Source: Neoechinorhynchus agilis
Taxonomy: Eukaryota; Animalia; Acanthocephala
Length of the DNA stretch: 64,000 nt
Reading direction: 5' to 3'
NCBI GenBank assembly: GCA_051530055.1
Contig: CM121343.1
Span: forward strand, 5,550,389-5,614,388
The number at the start of each line of letters is the position of its first letter. The stretch's first letter is position 1. The translations under genes were made by a program, and so were the position numbers. Shown one piece after another: positions 51,634 through 63,509 of this stretch. Under the pieces are notes generated by a model. That model was not told the origin of the DNA and did no database searches. It saw only the letters and a program-made list of their open reading frames with translations.

Positions 51634-52244
51634 GACGCAGTGCACCTACAAGCAAATCTTGGTCTTAAACGCACAGCATCGAGCGAAATAAACACACGAA
51701 TTTTCTTTCTTTTAATCGCAAATGAATTGTGTGAGAAATTGTACGTTTTTATCTACCAACATTCAGGATGCCATTATAAATATGATTGTCTTTGTTTTTT
51801 TAAACGAAAAGTAAAAAAATATAACTGCAATGAACAATGTTCCTCTGAGCTGTACCGCCCGCAGTACCCTTGAGAATCCGTGCAGCAGCAAAAACCTCCT
51901 ACGCTTCTCAGTTCCACTTTCATCGTCCTACTTCTCCACAGAATTCTACTAAATTTTCACCTTAAATACATTTCTCTTCTTCCTTTTCTCGTCGCTACGA
52001 ACTATCTTCTCTAGTAACTTATCTTAAAACATTTACGGATTCGTCCATGATGAACTCTTTCATAAGCGATCACGAAAATCAACAAACAATTCAGCAACGC
52101 TGGGGACTGTGCTATTAATGATTACAACGTTCAAGAGTTCAGTCTTTATAACAATTAATTTCAACCGAAAACAATGCCACAAAGGCACTCGCGCATATAC
52201 GCTTGCAAACAGTCAAAATGAAAACATGTTCAAAATTTAAAGAA

Positions 52245-52361
52245 ATTTTTATTAATGGCGAATTTTTACCCAACAATGACTGATGAGGAGGCTAAAGCCT
52301 CGAAAATTCAAAATAAATTTCTCTACTCTCGAGGAGGTATAAATTCGCCATTAATAAAAAT
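52245..52361 (+). mobile_element. Mirror copy of the 117 bp TIR/hammerhead mini-element
   Basis: CTGATGAGGAGGCTAAAGCCTCGAAAATTC at 52280-52309 between 26 bp TIRs with one mismatch. Confidence 0.8.
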
Positions 52362-52504
52362 CGAAAACCAATCGAAAGCAACCTTGGATAAATTTAAAGA
52401 AATGTAAATTGTAAAACCAAACAGTAAAACTTGGGGATATTTTTTATCGGAGGCGGGACTCATCATAGAGTTTCATCCTCTTCCTTTCAACAGGGGTGAA
52501 TCAT

Positions 52505-53755
52505 CGGTGTGCCGTGGTGGTTAGGTTAGCTAATGATCCCTGATTCCAGTTGGTTGGATCAACGGGTTCCAATCCGTTACCGCCGATGACTCACAACCAA
52601 AGGGAACGAAAAAGCTCGTTGAAGGGAAGAGGAGGAAGCTCACTGATGAGTCCAACCTCCTCGGAAAGTATCTGAGGATCCGGAGGAATGCGTACAAACT
52701 CGTATACCGAATTCGCATTAGAGTCTAAGTGATTCAATCAATTCTCTGATGAGAGATCTGTTTGACTGTATGCCACCAAAAAAGGAAATACTAAAATCTG
52801 AGGAAGGATGTTCTAAAATCGCCAGTGAGACCATTTAAGAACGGGTTGAAGTTTATACATTCCGAAGTTTTGCCGAGGAGGTCAAGTGGACTTGAGCCCA
52901 ATCCACAATCGCCGATGACTCACAACCAAAGGGAACGATAAAGCTCGTTGAAGGGAAGAGGAGGAAGCTCACTGACGAGTCAAACCTCCTCGGAAAGTAT
53001 CTTAGGATCCGGAGGAATGCGTACAAACTCGTATACCGAATTCGCATTAGAATCGAAGTGATTCAATCGATTCTCTGATAAGAGATCGATGTGGCTTAAT
53101 GCCAAAAAGGAAATAATAAAATTCGAGGAAAGCATGTTGTAAAATCGCCAGTGAGACCATTTAAGAACGGGCCGAAGTTTATACATTCCGAAGTTTTACC
53201 GAGGAGGTCAAGTGGACTTGAGCCCGATCCACAATCGCCGATGATTCACAACCAAAGGAACGATAAAGCTCGTTGAAGGGAAGAGGAGGAAGCTCACTGA
53301 TGAGTCCAACTTCCTCGGAAAGTATCTTAAGATCCGGAGGGATGCGTACAAACTCGTATACCGAATTCGCATTAGAATCGAAATGATTCAATCGATTCTC
53401 TGATACGAGATCGATGTGGCTTCATGCCAAAAAGGAAATAATAAAATCCGAGGAAGGCATGTTGTAAAATCGCCAGTGAGACCATCTAAGAACGGGCTGA
53501 AGTTTGTACATTCCGTAGTTGTGCCGAGGAGGCCAAGTGGACTTGAGCCCAATCCACAATCGCCGATGACTCACAACCAAAGGGAACGATAAAGCTCGTT
53601 GAAGGGAAGAGGAGATAGCTCACTGATGAGTCCAACCTCCTCGGAAAGTATCTGAGAATCCGGAGTGATGCGTACAAACTCGTATACCGAATTCGCATTA
53701 GAATCGAAGTGATTCAATCGATTCTCTGATAAGAGATCGATGTGGCTTCATGCCG
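52505..53755 (+). repeat. Tandem array of a tRNA-derived SINE-like unit, ~325 bp period, 4 cores
   Basis: GAGGAGG(T/C)CAAGTGGACTTGAGCCC at 52875, 53201 and 53526. The first copy retains the T-arm AACGGGTTCCAATCCGTTACCGCC; later copies have it deleted. Confidence 0.88.
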
Positions 53756-54969
53756 TGGCCTTATTGGAAAAGCCGAGGACTCGGGATGTAATAAACTGAA
53801 CCAAAGATAAAAAACCCGGCTTGCCAGAACCGAATAAGAATACGCCTTAAAATTGATAAAAAGGATTCTTATTTTAAAATTAAACTGAAATCAGGTAGCT
53901 ATGATACCGAGGAACATTTGAGAAAGATATACCAGCACGACATTCTCCGTTAATTTAACAAAATTGTGATTTTTTTCAGAGCATTAAATCATGGAACTGT
54001 GGTAGCATTTCCACTCATTCAAATCGTCAATAATTTATCAAAGAAATCCATTGTTGTTTTCCCGGAAAATGACGTAGATTATCCATGGAACTGAAATCGC
54101 ATTTCCACGCTTAAAATTTTCAAAAATATCGTAATGTCCAAAACAATTTGATCGAGTGTTTATTCCTCTGTCTTGTCAAGGCGTTTTCAAATTTTAATAC
54201 AGTTTAAAATTAAGTCTCCCATTTCCAAAGGTTTAGCCTTACGTCATTTCCAGTCGTAACGCTGCTTTGGGTCTTCCTGAAAAATTGAACACGGTGAGTT
54301 CTGGAAGAACAATGGCATTTAATCGCCACCACGATCTAAGGACTTACGATAGATAAATTCTTAATTGATTTGTTCACGGCTACGATTGATGATGTTATTC
54401 ATTGTCATTTTACCGCACCAATAGTTCGTTTTTATCAAAACTGTGAAATCGATGAAGTTTGCGATCGGTGAGTCAAATGTATGAAATTTTAATTTCTTTA
54501 CCTTTGACATCTCTTTTTTTGACGAAATTGTGTTTTTCCCGATTTTTATCATGAGCTTACTAAACTCAGATTCAAATTTTTGCCGTGCTTCAAACAAATT
54601 GTTTGAATTGTTAAAAATATATGGAGCTCAGGTGAAAAAAATGATATTAAAAAAAATTAACAAAGATTTTCGAATAAATTTTATTAAAATTTTAATCAAC
54701 GATTTGATCATTAAAATCATAATTTTATTAAATTTGAACTAATTTTCGAATTATGATTTTCTTGTATTTTTTAAAGCAGTTAAAGGACGCTATTACTTGC
54801 TTAGCTGTTTTTGGATTTACTATTTTGCTAACTTTTAAACTTATTCTGCTTTTTTACATTGCTTTTGTTAAATTGAATTGTTTTGTAGGTCAAGATTTAA
54901 TATTTTTAACCAGGAAAGTTTTCAAAAACTGAAAATGAATAATAATAAAAATTTTGAACATTTCTAGAT

Positions 54970-57900
54970 ATGATTTTTCATACGTCAGCATCAATTATAA
55001 GTCGACTTTTGCTTAAAAATGGAATGGAGATTAGACGATTGTTTTCTTCACGTTTGCTTTCAAATTTATGTGTACAACAAGGTCGGTTTAGCGTTCATCT
55101 ACCGACCGCTCATCACCTCAGGTTTCAATCGTCGTTCTATTTTAATTTGAACGTTCGGCAATACTCCTCAAAATCTGCGTCAGACGACGATAATGAACCG
55201 AAATCGTCCACTTCGAGGTCGGCCTTAGGCCGTAAAAGAATGACCCGTGCTAGATTGGCAGGCAATGAAGAAGGATCAATGTTTGCCGTTGAAGTTCCCG
55301 ACTATTTACCAATTGTACCCGTTTTGGCAGTGCGAAAAAATCCTGTCTTTCCGCGGTTTGTTAAAATTGTGGAAGTATCCGATCCGGACCTACGAGAGCT
55401 GATTATTCGGAAGATACACCTAAAACAACCATATATTGGAATATTTTTACGCAAAGACGATCGGGATATGAGTGAAGTGATTATGAATCAAGATGACGTC
55501 TATAATGTTGGTACGTTTTGTTTTATTCATGAAATTGAAGAATTGCCTGGAGACGTTATGCGCATGGTTATTGGAAGTGTGAGGCGGATAAAGTATTCCG
55601 GAACCGTTGAGGATGGCGTGTTAGACCATCCCGAAACATCCAGTGACTCATCTCCAGATTCAAATGAATCGAAAGAGGCACCTACCAGTATTGGAAAAAA
55701 CCTTTTATGGAATATTTCTAACCTAGAATCGGACGAGTTTGAAATGAGCGATGAGATTAAGGCGCTTAGTGCTGAGGTTATTCATTGCGCTCGTGAGATT
55801 ATGAGCCATAATGCAATGTATAGAGATTTATTCAGTGTATCGGCTATTCGAAGTGAGACATTTGCCGATGACCCAGCTCGTTTAGCTGATCTTGGCGCTG
55901 TATTAAGCACTGCTGCGAGCTCTGCTGAATTACAGGAAGTAATGAACGAGTTAGATGTCAAGAAGAGGCTCCATCTGTCTCTTGGACTCTTAAAGAAAGA
56001 AGTCGAACTTATTAATCTTCAACAGAAAATAAGCCAAGAAGTTGAAGCGAGGGTTAAATCTCAAAACAGGCGGCATATGCTGCTGGAGCAGTTAAAAATA
56101 ATCAAACAGGAATTAGGAATGGAAAAAGACGATAGATGGTCATTTTGCATTTGCTTTAAATTATACACAAATATATTTTCACTTCGATTTTTGTCGCTTA
56201 TGCGTTCTGATTTACGTTTTAAATTACTTTAGGAGAAAAGAGTACTTGTTTTGCGCTTAATTAAACTTTACACTGGTCCGTGTTTAGGATATTTCAATAT
56301 ATTTTCCGGGCTGAGTTTTTAAATGAATTCAAATGATCCGTTTGTATATCATTTGATGCAACTCGATTGATCATTCTTCATTCCTAAAACCGTATTTCAA
56401 TTCGCTCGCTAATTGTTTAAATCCAAATAGTTTTAAAGGGCGATAGATCTTGGATCACATTCAATATCATTTACCTTAATTATCCCAAATGCAAAGGTAC
56501 CTAATAAGACAATGGTTTCGGACAAGTTCAAACAAAGGCTTCAAGAAGCAAAGCTTCCCGAGCACATAAAACAAGCAATAGAGGAAGAAATATCTCGACT
56601 TGAGCAGTTGGACGTTCAATCAGCAGAATTCAACGTGACGAGAACTTATTTAGATTGGCTTACCTGCCTGCCATGGGGAAAATCATCTGCGGAGGAATAC
56701 GACCTTAAGCGAGCTCAAGAAATTTTGGATGAAGATCATTATGGAATGATAGACGTTAAAAAGCGTATACTTGAGTTTATAGCTGTGAGTAAACTGAGGA
56801 ATACTAGTCAAGGAAAAATCATGTGTTTTGCCGGTCCGCCGGGTGTTGGAAAGACAAGTATTGCTCGATCGATCGCTCGTGCTTTGAATCGGGAATATTA
56901 TAGATTCAGCGTGGGAGGTCTTGTGGACGTGGCTGAAATAAAGGGACATAGACGTACGTACGTTGGAGCTATGCCTGGAAAGATGGTTCAATGTCTGAAA
57001 AAGGTGCAAACTGAAAATCCATTGGTGCTGATTGATGAAATCGACAAGATCGGTCGAGCTGGACACGCTATGGGGGATCCAAGCAGCGCGCTTCTTGAGA
57101 TGCTAGACCCGGAACAAAACGCAAATTTCCTAGATCACTACTTGGATCTTAATATTGATTTGTCTAAAGTACTCTTCGTGTGTACCGCAAACGTACTAGA
57201 CACTATTCCAGAACCTCTTAAAGACCGAATGGAGGTCATCAATTTATCAGGTTATGTATGCTTCCTGTTCTTATGCATTCTTTTAATTTCATCGGGGGTC
57301 ACAATGCGAAAAAATGAGCACTGATTTTATTTGAATAAGGACGCCCGTGCTAATTGCATCTTCAATATCTTGGTTTTTCAAAAAATTGATGAAATCGGAT
57401 ATTTCTTACTTAATCAAGTGCAACATTGTAACAAAAAATTTTGCAATGAAATTCCATTGCTATTTCTAAATCAATTTATCCAGAAAAAATACGATACAGA
57501 ACTTGATTGTTTTAAAATATTCTCAACGTCTTTCTAATAGTTTGTGAGAATTACAAATATTAAGGCAAAAAAATTCGAAGCATTTTTATCTTTTTCGTAA
57601 ACTTCGTTACCGTGCGAGAAAATAGTAAAAGGTTTCATAAATTTTTCGACGCAGTGAATTACTGTTGCTTCTTAGTTCTCAGGATTTAATGGGCGATTCA
57701 GATTAAATGTTTTGTTTTGGCCTTCACATTGTAGAGAATGTTTTACCAAAGACGCTTTGGAACCTGTGCGAAGGCCAAAGCAACAAATTTGATCAAGATT
57801 TAATGTTTTAATTCCACTATTCCCCAAAAATATTTTTTTTTGCAAGATCATAAGAACAGCTAGCACAGCAGAAGAGAAGTTGGCAATAGCGAAGCAGTAC

Positions 57901-58716
57901 TTAATTCCAAAAGCGATTGCTCATTCTGGAGTTGGCATGAATGCGGTAGCATTTGACGATTCGACTATAAACACTATAAATCGTCAGTATTGTCGCGAAA
58001 GTGGAGTGCGTGGGCTGGAGAAGCAAATCGAGAAGATATTTCGTAAAGTTGCGCTTGAGATTGTTAAAACCGGAAAGGAAGAAAAGTTTCATGTAACTCC
58101 AGACGAGCTTTCGCATTATCTCGGGAAACCTGTATTTACTCATGATAGGATGTACGATACCACTCCGATTGGCGTTGTGGCCGGTCTTGCTTGGACTTCA
58201 TTAGGCGGCTGCATCCTTTATGCAGAAGCATCCAGTGTTCCAGGAGGGCAGGCGAGTGCCACTCCCATCATCACGGGACATATGGGAGAGGTCATGAAAG
58301 AGAGCGTTCAAATTGCATTGACTTATGCGAAAAACTATCTGCAACAGAGTGGGGCTAAAAACGAGAATTCTGTATTAAAAAGTGGCCAAATACACATCCA
58401 CGTCCCGGAAGGCGCTAGTCCAAAAGATGGACCAAGTGCCGGATGCACTCTTGTAACAGCAATGCTTTCATTGTCCCTTGGAATACCCGTTAAAGCGAAT
58501 ATCGCAATGACCGGTGAAATATCCCTAAAAGGAAATATTCTACCGGTCGGAGGAATCAAGGAGAAAGTGATTGCGGCTAAACGAGGAGGCATAACCGAAA
58601 TTATTCTACCTATCGATAATCGAAAAGATTTCGAGGAGTTACCGGATTTCATTAAAAACGACGTCTCAATTCATTACGTCAGAACATACTTCGATATATT
58701 TAGGCTTGTTTTCTAA
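54970..58716 (+). CDS. LONP1: Mitochondrial Lon protease; three exons separated by ~366-375 nt and 609 nt intervening sequences
   Basis: Presequence-like N-terminus, Lon N domain (P.FPRFVK), Walker [17 protein letters not shown], catalytic PKDGPSAG and PVGGIKEK. Confidence 0.96.
56134..56510 (+). other. Lon intervening sequence 1, bounded by a 16 bp imperfect inverted repeat; exact ends unresolved
   Basis: GGTCATTTTGCATTTG (56138-56153) pairs with CAAATGCAAAGGTACC (56486-56501): 13 Watson-Crick pairs and 1 G-U. Confidence 0.7.
57258..57866 (+). other. Lon intervening sequence 2, AT..AC (or TG..CA) ends, 17 bp imperfect inverted repeat
   Basis: Removal gives SGYVAEEKLA. TGCTTCCTGTTCTTATG (57259-57275) pairs with CATAAGAACAGCTAGCA (57849-57865) at 15/17 positions. 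Confidence 0.7.
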
Positions 58717-58842
58717 CTAAAAAATTCCGAATATCTATCTTCTTCGACGACGTACGTGGATCTTCTTTCTCCAAACTTTAAAAAAATTTAAATAGGAAAC
58801 GGGCATTGAAACAAATTAGAAAACCACCCATTTTTAAAAATT

Positions 58843-59330
58843 GTACGTTGGCGAATCCTGTCCCGGGTGACACATATAAAACTTACAAGCAATAGCGACT
58901 GAAAAAGCAAGGAAAACCTTGTGAAATATTTAGAATTAATAAATGGGTATCGTTAACACCGGAGACAGGATTCGCCAAGACACCACCTCACACATTTAAA
59001 ACTTACAGGCAATAGCGACTGAAGAGGCAAGGAAAACCTTGTGAAATATTTCGCAATTAATAAATGAGTATCGATAACACCGAGACACCAACTCACACAT
59101 TTAAAACTTGCAAGCAAAAGCGACTGAAGAGGCAAGGAAAACCCTGTGAAATATTTCGCAATTAAAAAATGAGTATCGATAACACCGGGGACAGAATTCG
59201 CCAAGACACCACCTCACACATTTAAAACTTACAAGCAATAGCGACTGAAGAGGCAAGGAAAACCTTGTGAAATATTTCGCAATTAATAAATGAGTATCGA
59301 TAACACCGGGGACAGGATTTGCCAACGTAC
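58843..59330. mobile_element. MITE with ~25 bp TIRs, probable TA target duplication, internal ~106-121 bp tandem repeats (4 copies)
   Basis: TA-CGTTGGCGAATCCTGTCCC ... GGGACAGGATTTGCCAACG-TA. AAAACTT(A/G)C anchors recur at about 58876, 58997, 59103 and 59224. Confidence 0.82.
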
Positions 59331-59559
59331 AATCAAATTTATACCGAGGACAATGATATATGACATTTTTAAAGATTTCAAAAATTTATCAGATTCGTAG
59401 AATGCGTTTTATTCCTAATCTCCGTTTTATTATTAAACGAAACATGTACGGATCTTATAACTGCACACTCATTTCTAAATTTCGATTTGCATAATGCCCT
59501 TTTTATAAAATCATCTTTTTTATATAATTCTAAGTTCTACATTTAGGATCGTTCAATTC

Positions 59560-59900
59560 TAAATGAGATTCTACCCAAATACTTCATAAAAGGCTAATAT
59601 AATTCTAGGTAATGTTTAAAGAAAAGAATGGAGGAACATATTAAAAATACTGGGAGTATTTCCAGAAAAACGTTTTTGTTTGTCTTTATGAACTTACTGT
59701 GTTAAAGTACGTCCAAACGACACTTGAGCAGTGGATGCTGGTTCCGTTTTCTAGTTAGTAATTGACCTCAAAGACCGCAATCTTTGTTATGATATTTTGT
59801 GCAAAAATATCAGCAAATCACATTGCTTCTTTGGGCCCTTCAAGGTAATCGTAGAAAACCCGTAATCTTCCTGTATTCTTTCCTGATTCGCTTAATCTAT
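59560..59900 (-). pseudogene. Possible Tc1/mariner transposase remnant
   Basis: GRLRVF..EG....FADIF..LENGTSIHCS..YVPPFFSLN loosely follows the DDE region layout (QQDNAPAH, PPxSPDLNP). Many stops. Confidence 0.35.
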
Positions 59901-61259
59901 GTTAAAATGTTTCATGAAACTTTAAAATGACCGCGAGGAAATTCGTTACCTCGTTTTTTCCCAGTTTCGAGCTTGATGACATTCTAAAATGATAAAGTTT
60001 AAAACGGGGACGGTTATACCATTTTACTGGTTTGACACTAATTAGCCTAACGACCAATTTATATTGGTTAAGAACGATTTTAATTTGTATCTGTGTTTTT
60101 ATGCCCAATTAATACCGAAAATGTTTGTTATGTTTAAATGGGTGCATGTTTTTGGATTTATCAATTTAAACAAGTTGCTGAATATTTTGCGCTATACATA
60201 GCCAATGTCATCCATTGCGCTCGATATGTCGATGGTTCAACGGCACCGGTCGCTGGGTTCCGCGGGTGTGCGAGGCTGCTGGAAGGGTGGGGGTCAGGTT
60301 TGCGATCACCCATCGGCCCCCAAAAAGTTCTGTTGGCCCTGTCCCTTCGAGTGCGGCTAAGCGCCTCCGATGTGTGCAAGTCAGGCGAAAGGCTCCAAAA
60401 GAAAGGAATATAGCCGAAAGGCTCAAAAGAAGATGTCGCAAGACCAATCAATCTGAAGAACATAACCATGCGTATGTCTGACTGTAAGGATAAATAAAAT
60501 AAAAGTGATTTTGTCTTTTGAATGTATTTTGAAATGATTGTCCCCTGCGCGGCTGATTTCTTTGAAACAAAGCCCACCGATTCATTGGTCAGGAGGGAAG
60601 TGCACATAAAATCACACTTAATACCATGCTGAAGAACCATAAGACGCGGTTATGAGTTTTGTACGAATCCCCCTGATTCTCAGATCGTCTTTGATTTTAT
60701 GCTCTTCCATGAATTTGGCTCCCAAGAAGAAATCAGCCGTGTAGGGTTATAATTACTTCAAAATGTAACCAATATAAAATAGTTCGATACTAACCCCAAG
60801 CAAAACTGGCATTGTTTTGTACATTCCATAGTTGTGTCCTGTTCCAGAGTCAAAGGGTACAAAATCCATTATTACCGATAACTCAGGACCAAATACGGTC
60901 GAAAGGGAGGAGGAAACTTACTGATGGCTATCGCCTCTCCTGGAGAAGGTATCCAAAGATTGCAATTTTATGCGTGCTTTCCTCCTGATCTAAGCTATCG
61001 GATTGGCTGTGTGCCTAAAGGAAAAAGCCGAGTAAGGGATAATCACTTCAGAATACACTCATATGCGATAAATAATTTACTCTTGATCGATATGAAATTA
61101 AATGTGCACTATAAGAATTTCCGAATAAGCAGTAAATTTCAATCTGATCTTGGTTTTTAACGGGACTCCTTGTTACGTTAACCATTGCTTGTCATATAAA
61201 TCAAAAATATCAGGTGTAAATTGACGTCCATGAAAAATACCTTCCTTCTTTAATCAATA

Positions 61260-61505
61260 TGGATACCGAGAATACCCAATTCATTTCATCATTCCCACAG
61301 CTTCGCTCCTTTTTTCACACTGCAAAATCTTCTTGGATATCATAACTTGAAATGAACACGAGGAAAGACCGAAGCTCTCCTATCCCCGTCCGAGCAAACC
61401 TTCCAACCCGACCGAAACCATAATCCACTCAACAAATCTGAATCCGACTTTTTATGAGGACCCAAAGATACATGAGTCCTTTTCTTTGTTAGCTAACAAA
61501 TAAAC
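61260..61505 (+). mobile_element. 3' end of a CR1-group LINE
   Basis: Shares GGATATC..GAAATG.ACA.GAGG.AAGACC and the TTTTTATGAGGACCCAAA 3' UTR with 46350-46600; ends in AAATAAA. Confidence 0.65.
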
Positions 61506-62191
61506 GTGTAATTATTATAATCGTTTCGTTCAAAATTTATAGACTTTTAAATCACGAGATATCCTACAGCTTAATTATGGCAGTTTCCGGATATATAAAA
61601 ATCGTAGTAAGCGTGATTTTTACTATTAGATTTCAGATGGCTAAATCGCTATTTAAGGATAGAAGGAAATTCGAATTGCCCATTATGAGTTCCGATATGT
61701 TAGGCCGCATTTCATATGTAGTTCCCGATGAGCGATTGCGTTGTCCTCGTCATTTTTCGGGATCGATCGTGTCGGAAACTTATCCTTGCTATCCGTTTTC
61801 GTCACGAGATCTTAAATCGCAAATAAATTGCATAAAGCGCGAAATCCATGCCAGAAAACCCATTTCCTTTTTGATTATAGATCTTAAATTGTTTGAACAT
61901 TGGAAAAATTGAGGGAATTTATTAAATTCGATAGTTTTCGGCCTCACGTTGAAAGCGTAGAAACTACATTGATCAAAGCGCGTACAACGCTGTGGCTTCG
62001 AAAGGCTATAGATGTTTTAAATAAGTGACGTCGATGACGATTATAATGCCTCCGTCACACAAAAGAGCCATCGAATCCAACTGCGAAATCCTGACGTCAC
62101 GTAAAGATTAAAACCCGGCACGTTTTAGTCGACTACGAGAGAATGCGCGTAGAAGTACCGATCACTGTTTTGTGTCTGGCAATAATCCAAT

Positions 62192-62775
62192 ATGCAGCAG
62201 GACCTTCAGACCGGCATGCAGTCGTTGCCATGGTCATTAAGGAATGCGGTTAGGGCATTGAGCGTTGCATGTGGGACACGTGAGTATCGTCATTGATAGT
62301 TCGCATTTTGTTCAATTTTGCATAGTGAACCTGTTGCTTGGCATAATCGTAAGTTTGACATTCAGTGCCAAGTGCTTGATTGCTGGCATCATCATGATTA
62401 TGCTGGGTGGCATTATTTTAGCGATTGAGGCCACTTTTCTATGCGGACTTTTCGCATTCGGCCAATCGGCTCGAGGAATAGCGGACTTCTTCGAACGGAA
62501 ACCTATTTGGATCAGATGCGTATTTTATACAGCAACCGCCATGATTCCGCTTCTATTATGCCACGATCCATTTGTTCTTTTGGCCTTCATGAGCTCCATC
62601 GCATGTTCGGCCACTTGCTTTGTGATCGCAATAAGCAAAAGGTACGTTTGCAATTTAATCGAAAAATCTAAAACAGTCAATTAATAGAGGTTCCTCGAAT
62701 CGTCATTCTCAAGTCAGTGGCGGACCCGTGGTTATCACGACCGGAAACGGCAGCGGCGGGAATCTAACGCAATAA
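62192..62775 (+). CDS. CACFD1: Flower / CACFD1 (TVP18-family) membrane protein; exons 62192-62279, 62326-62641, 62688-62775
   Basis: Two 46 nt GT-AG introns give MQQDLQTGMQSLPWSLRNAVRALSVACGTLNLLLG..CLIAGIIMIM..IEATFLC..KPIWIRCVFY, matching the Flower PWW..IAAG.WMI..EAPFC..W.KAVFY pattern. Confidence 0.8.
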
Positions 62776-63509
62776 CTCAAATAAATGTCCACTCACACAC
62801 ACACGCGCACATAGTTCATCTTTGCCGCCGATGGATCGCGTGCGCTGTTTAAAATAGTAAAATCGAATCTTCTCTTTTACGCGCCGGGAGTGAGCGACTC
62901 TTCCATCCTTATCCACAAAAGTTGCTACTATATATACCAAATTTATCGAGAAAATCTTTATTTCCGAACTTTCCCCGTCTTACCGCTTAAACTCAGGAAT
63001 CTATAAGTAGCGACATTGCCTGTTAAGCATTTCTCGAGCTTAGTGATGTTCAGAATTTTCTCCTTCACATTGTCCGTGGAAAACAACGAATCGGTACTAC
63101 AGCGTTGAAAGACAAACTCAAATCGACTATACAAATGGACGTAAAGGACCACAATAAAGTACTGGATCTTATTTCAATTGTGAAAGTGCCATGATCGATC
63201 TAAATCACCCTTGAACGAATGAAGATTGTATTATGTTTCTCTGAAATAGTGTTTAAGACATTGAAATCGAAGTCCCCTCAATTTATTCGCGATTATAAAT
63301 GACGAAATAATACTGTTTCGGAGACATCCATTGAGGAATTGAATTTAATTTCAACCTCTCCAACATCACAATGTAGTTGTTACAGTAATAAAGATCGCGG
63401 TTTCACAAGATTATAAACTACATTCTCTATAAAAATGCCAAAGATAAAATCGATGATGGAAATGAACGAAAAATCGGCGATGCCGCTTCGCTTTTACGCC
63501 CTAGTGCGG

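Larger units (their letters stand above)
49146..52776. repeat. Right arm of the inverted duplication
   Basis: Reverse complement of 40457-44085. Confidence 0.97.

Noticed and set aside
60138-60640. Overlapping ORFs as a gene or piggyBac Cys-rich tail
   Set aside because: GC-richer patch open in several frames, but no motif is convincing enough to call.
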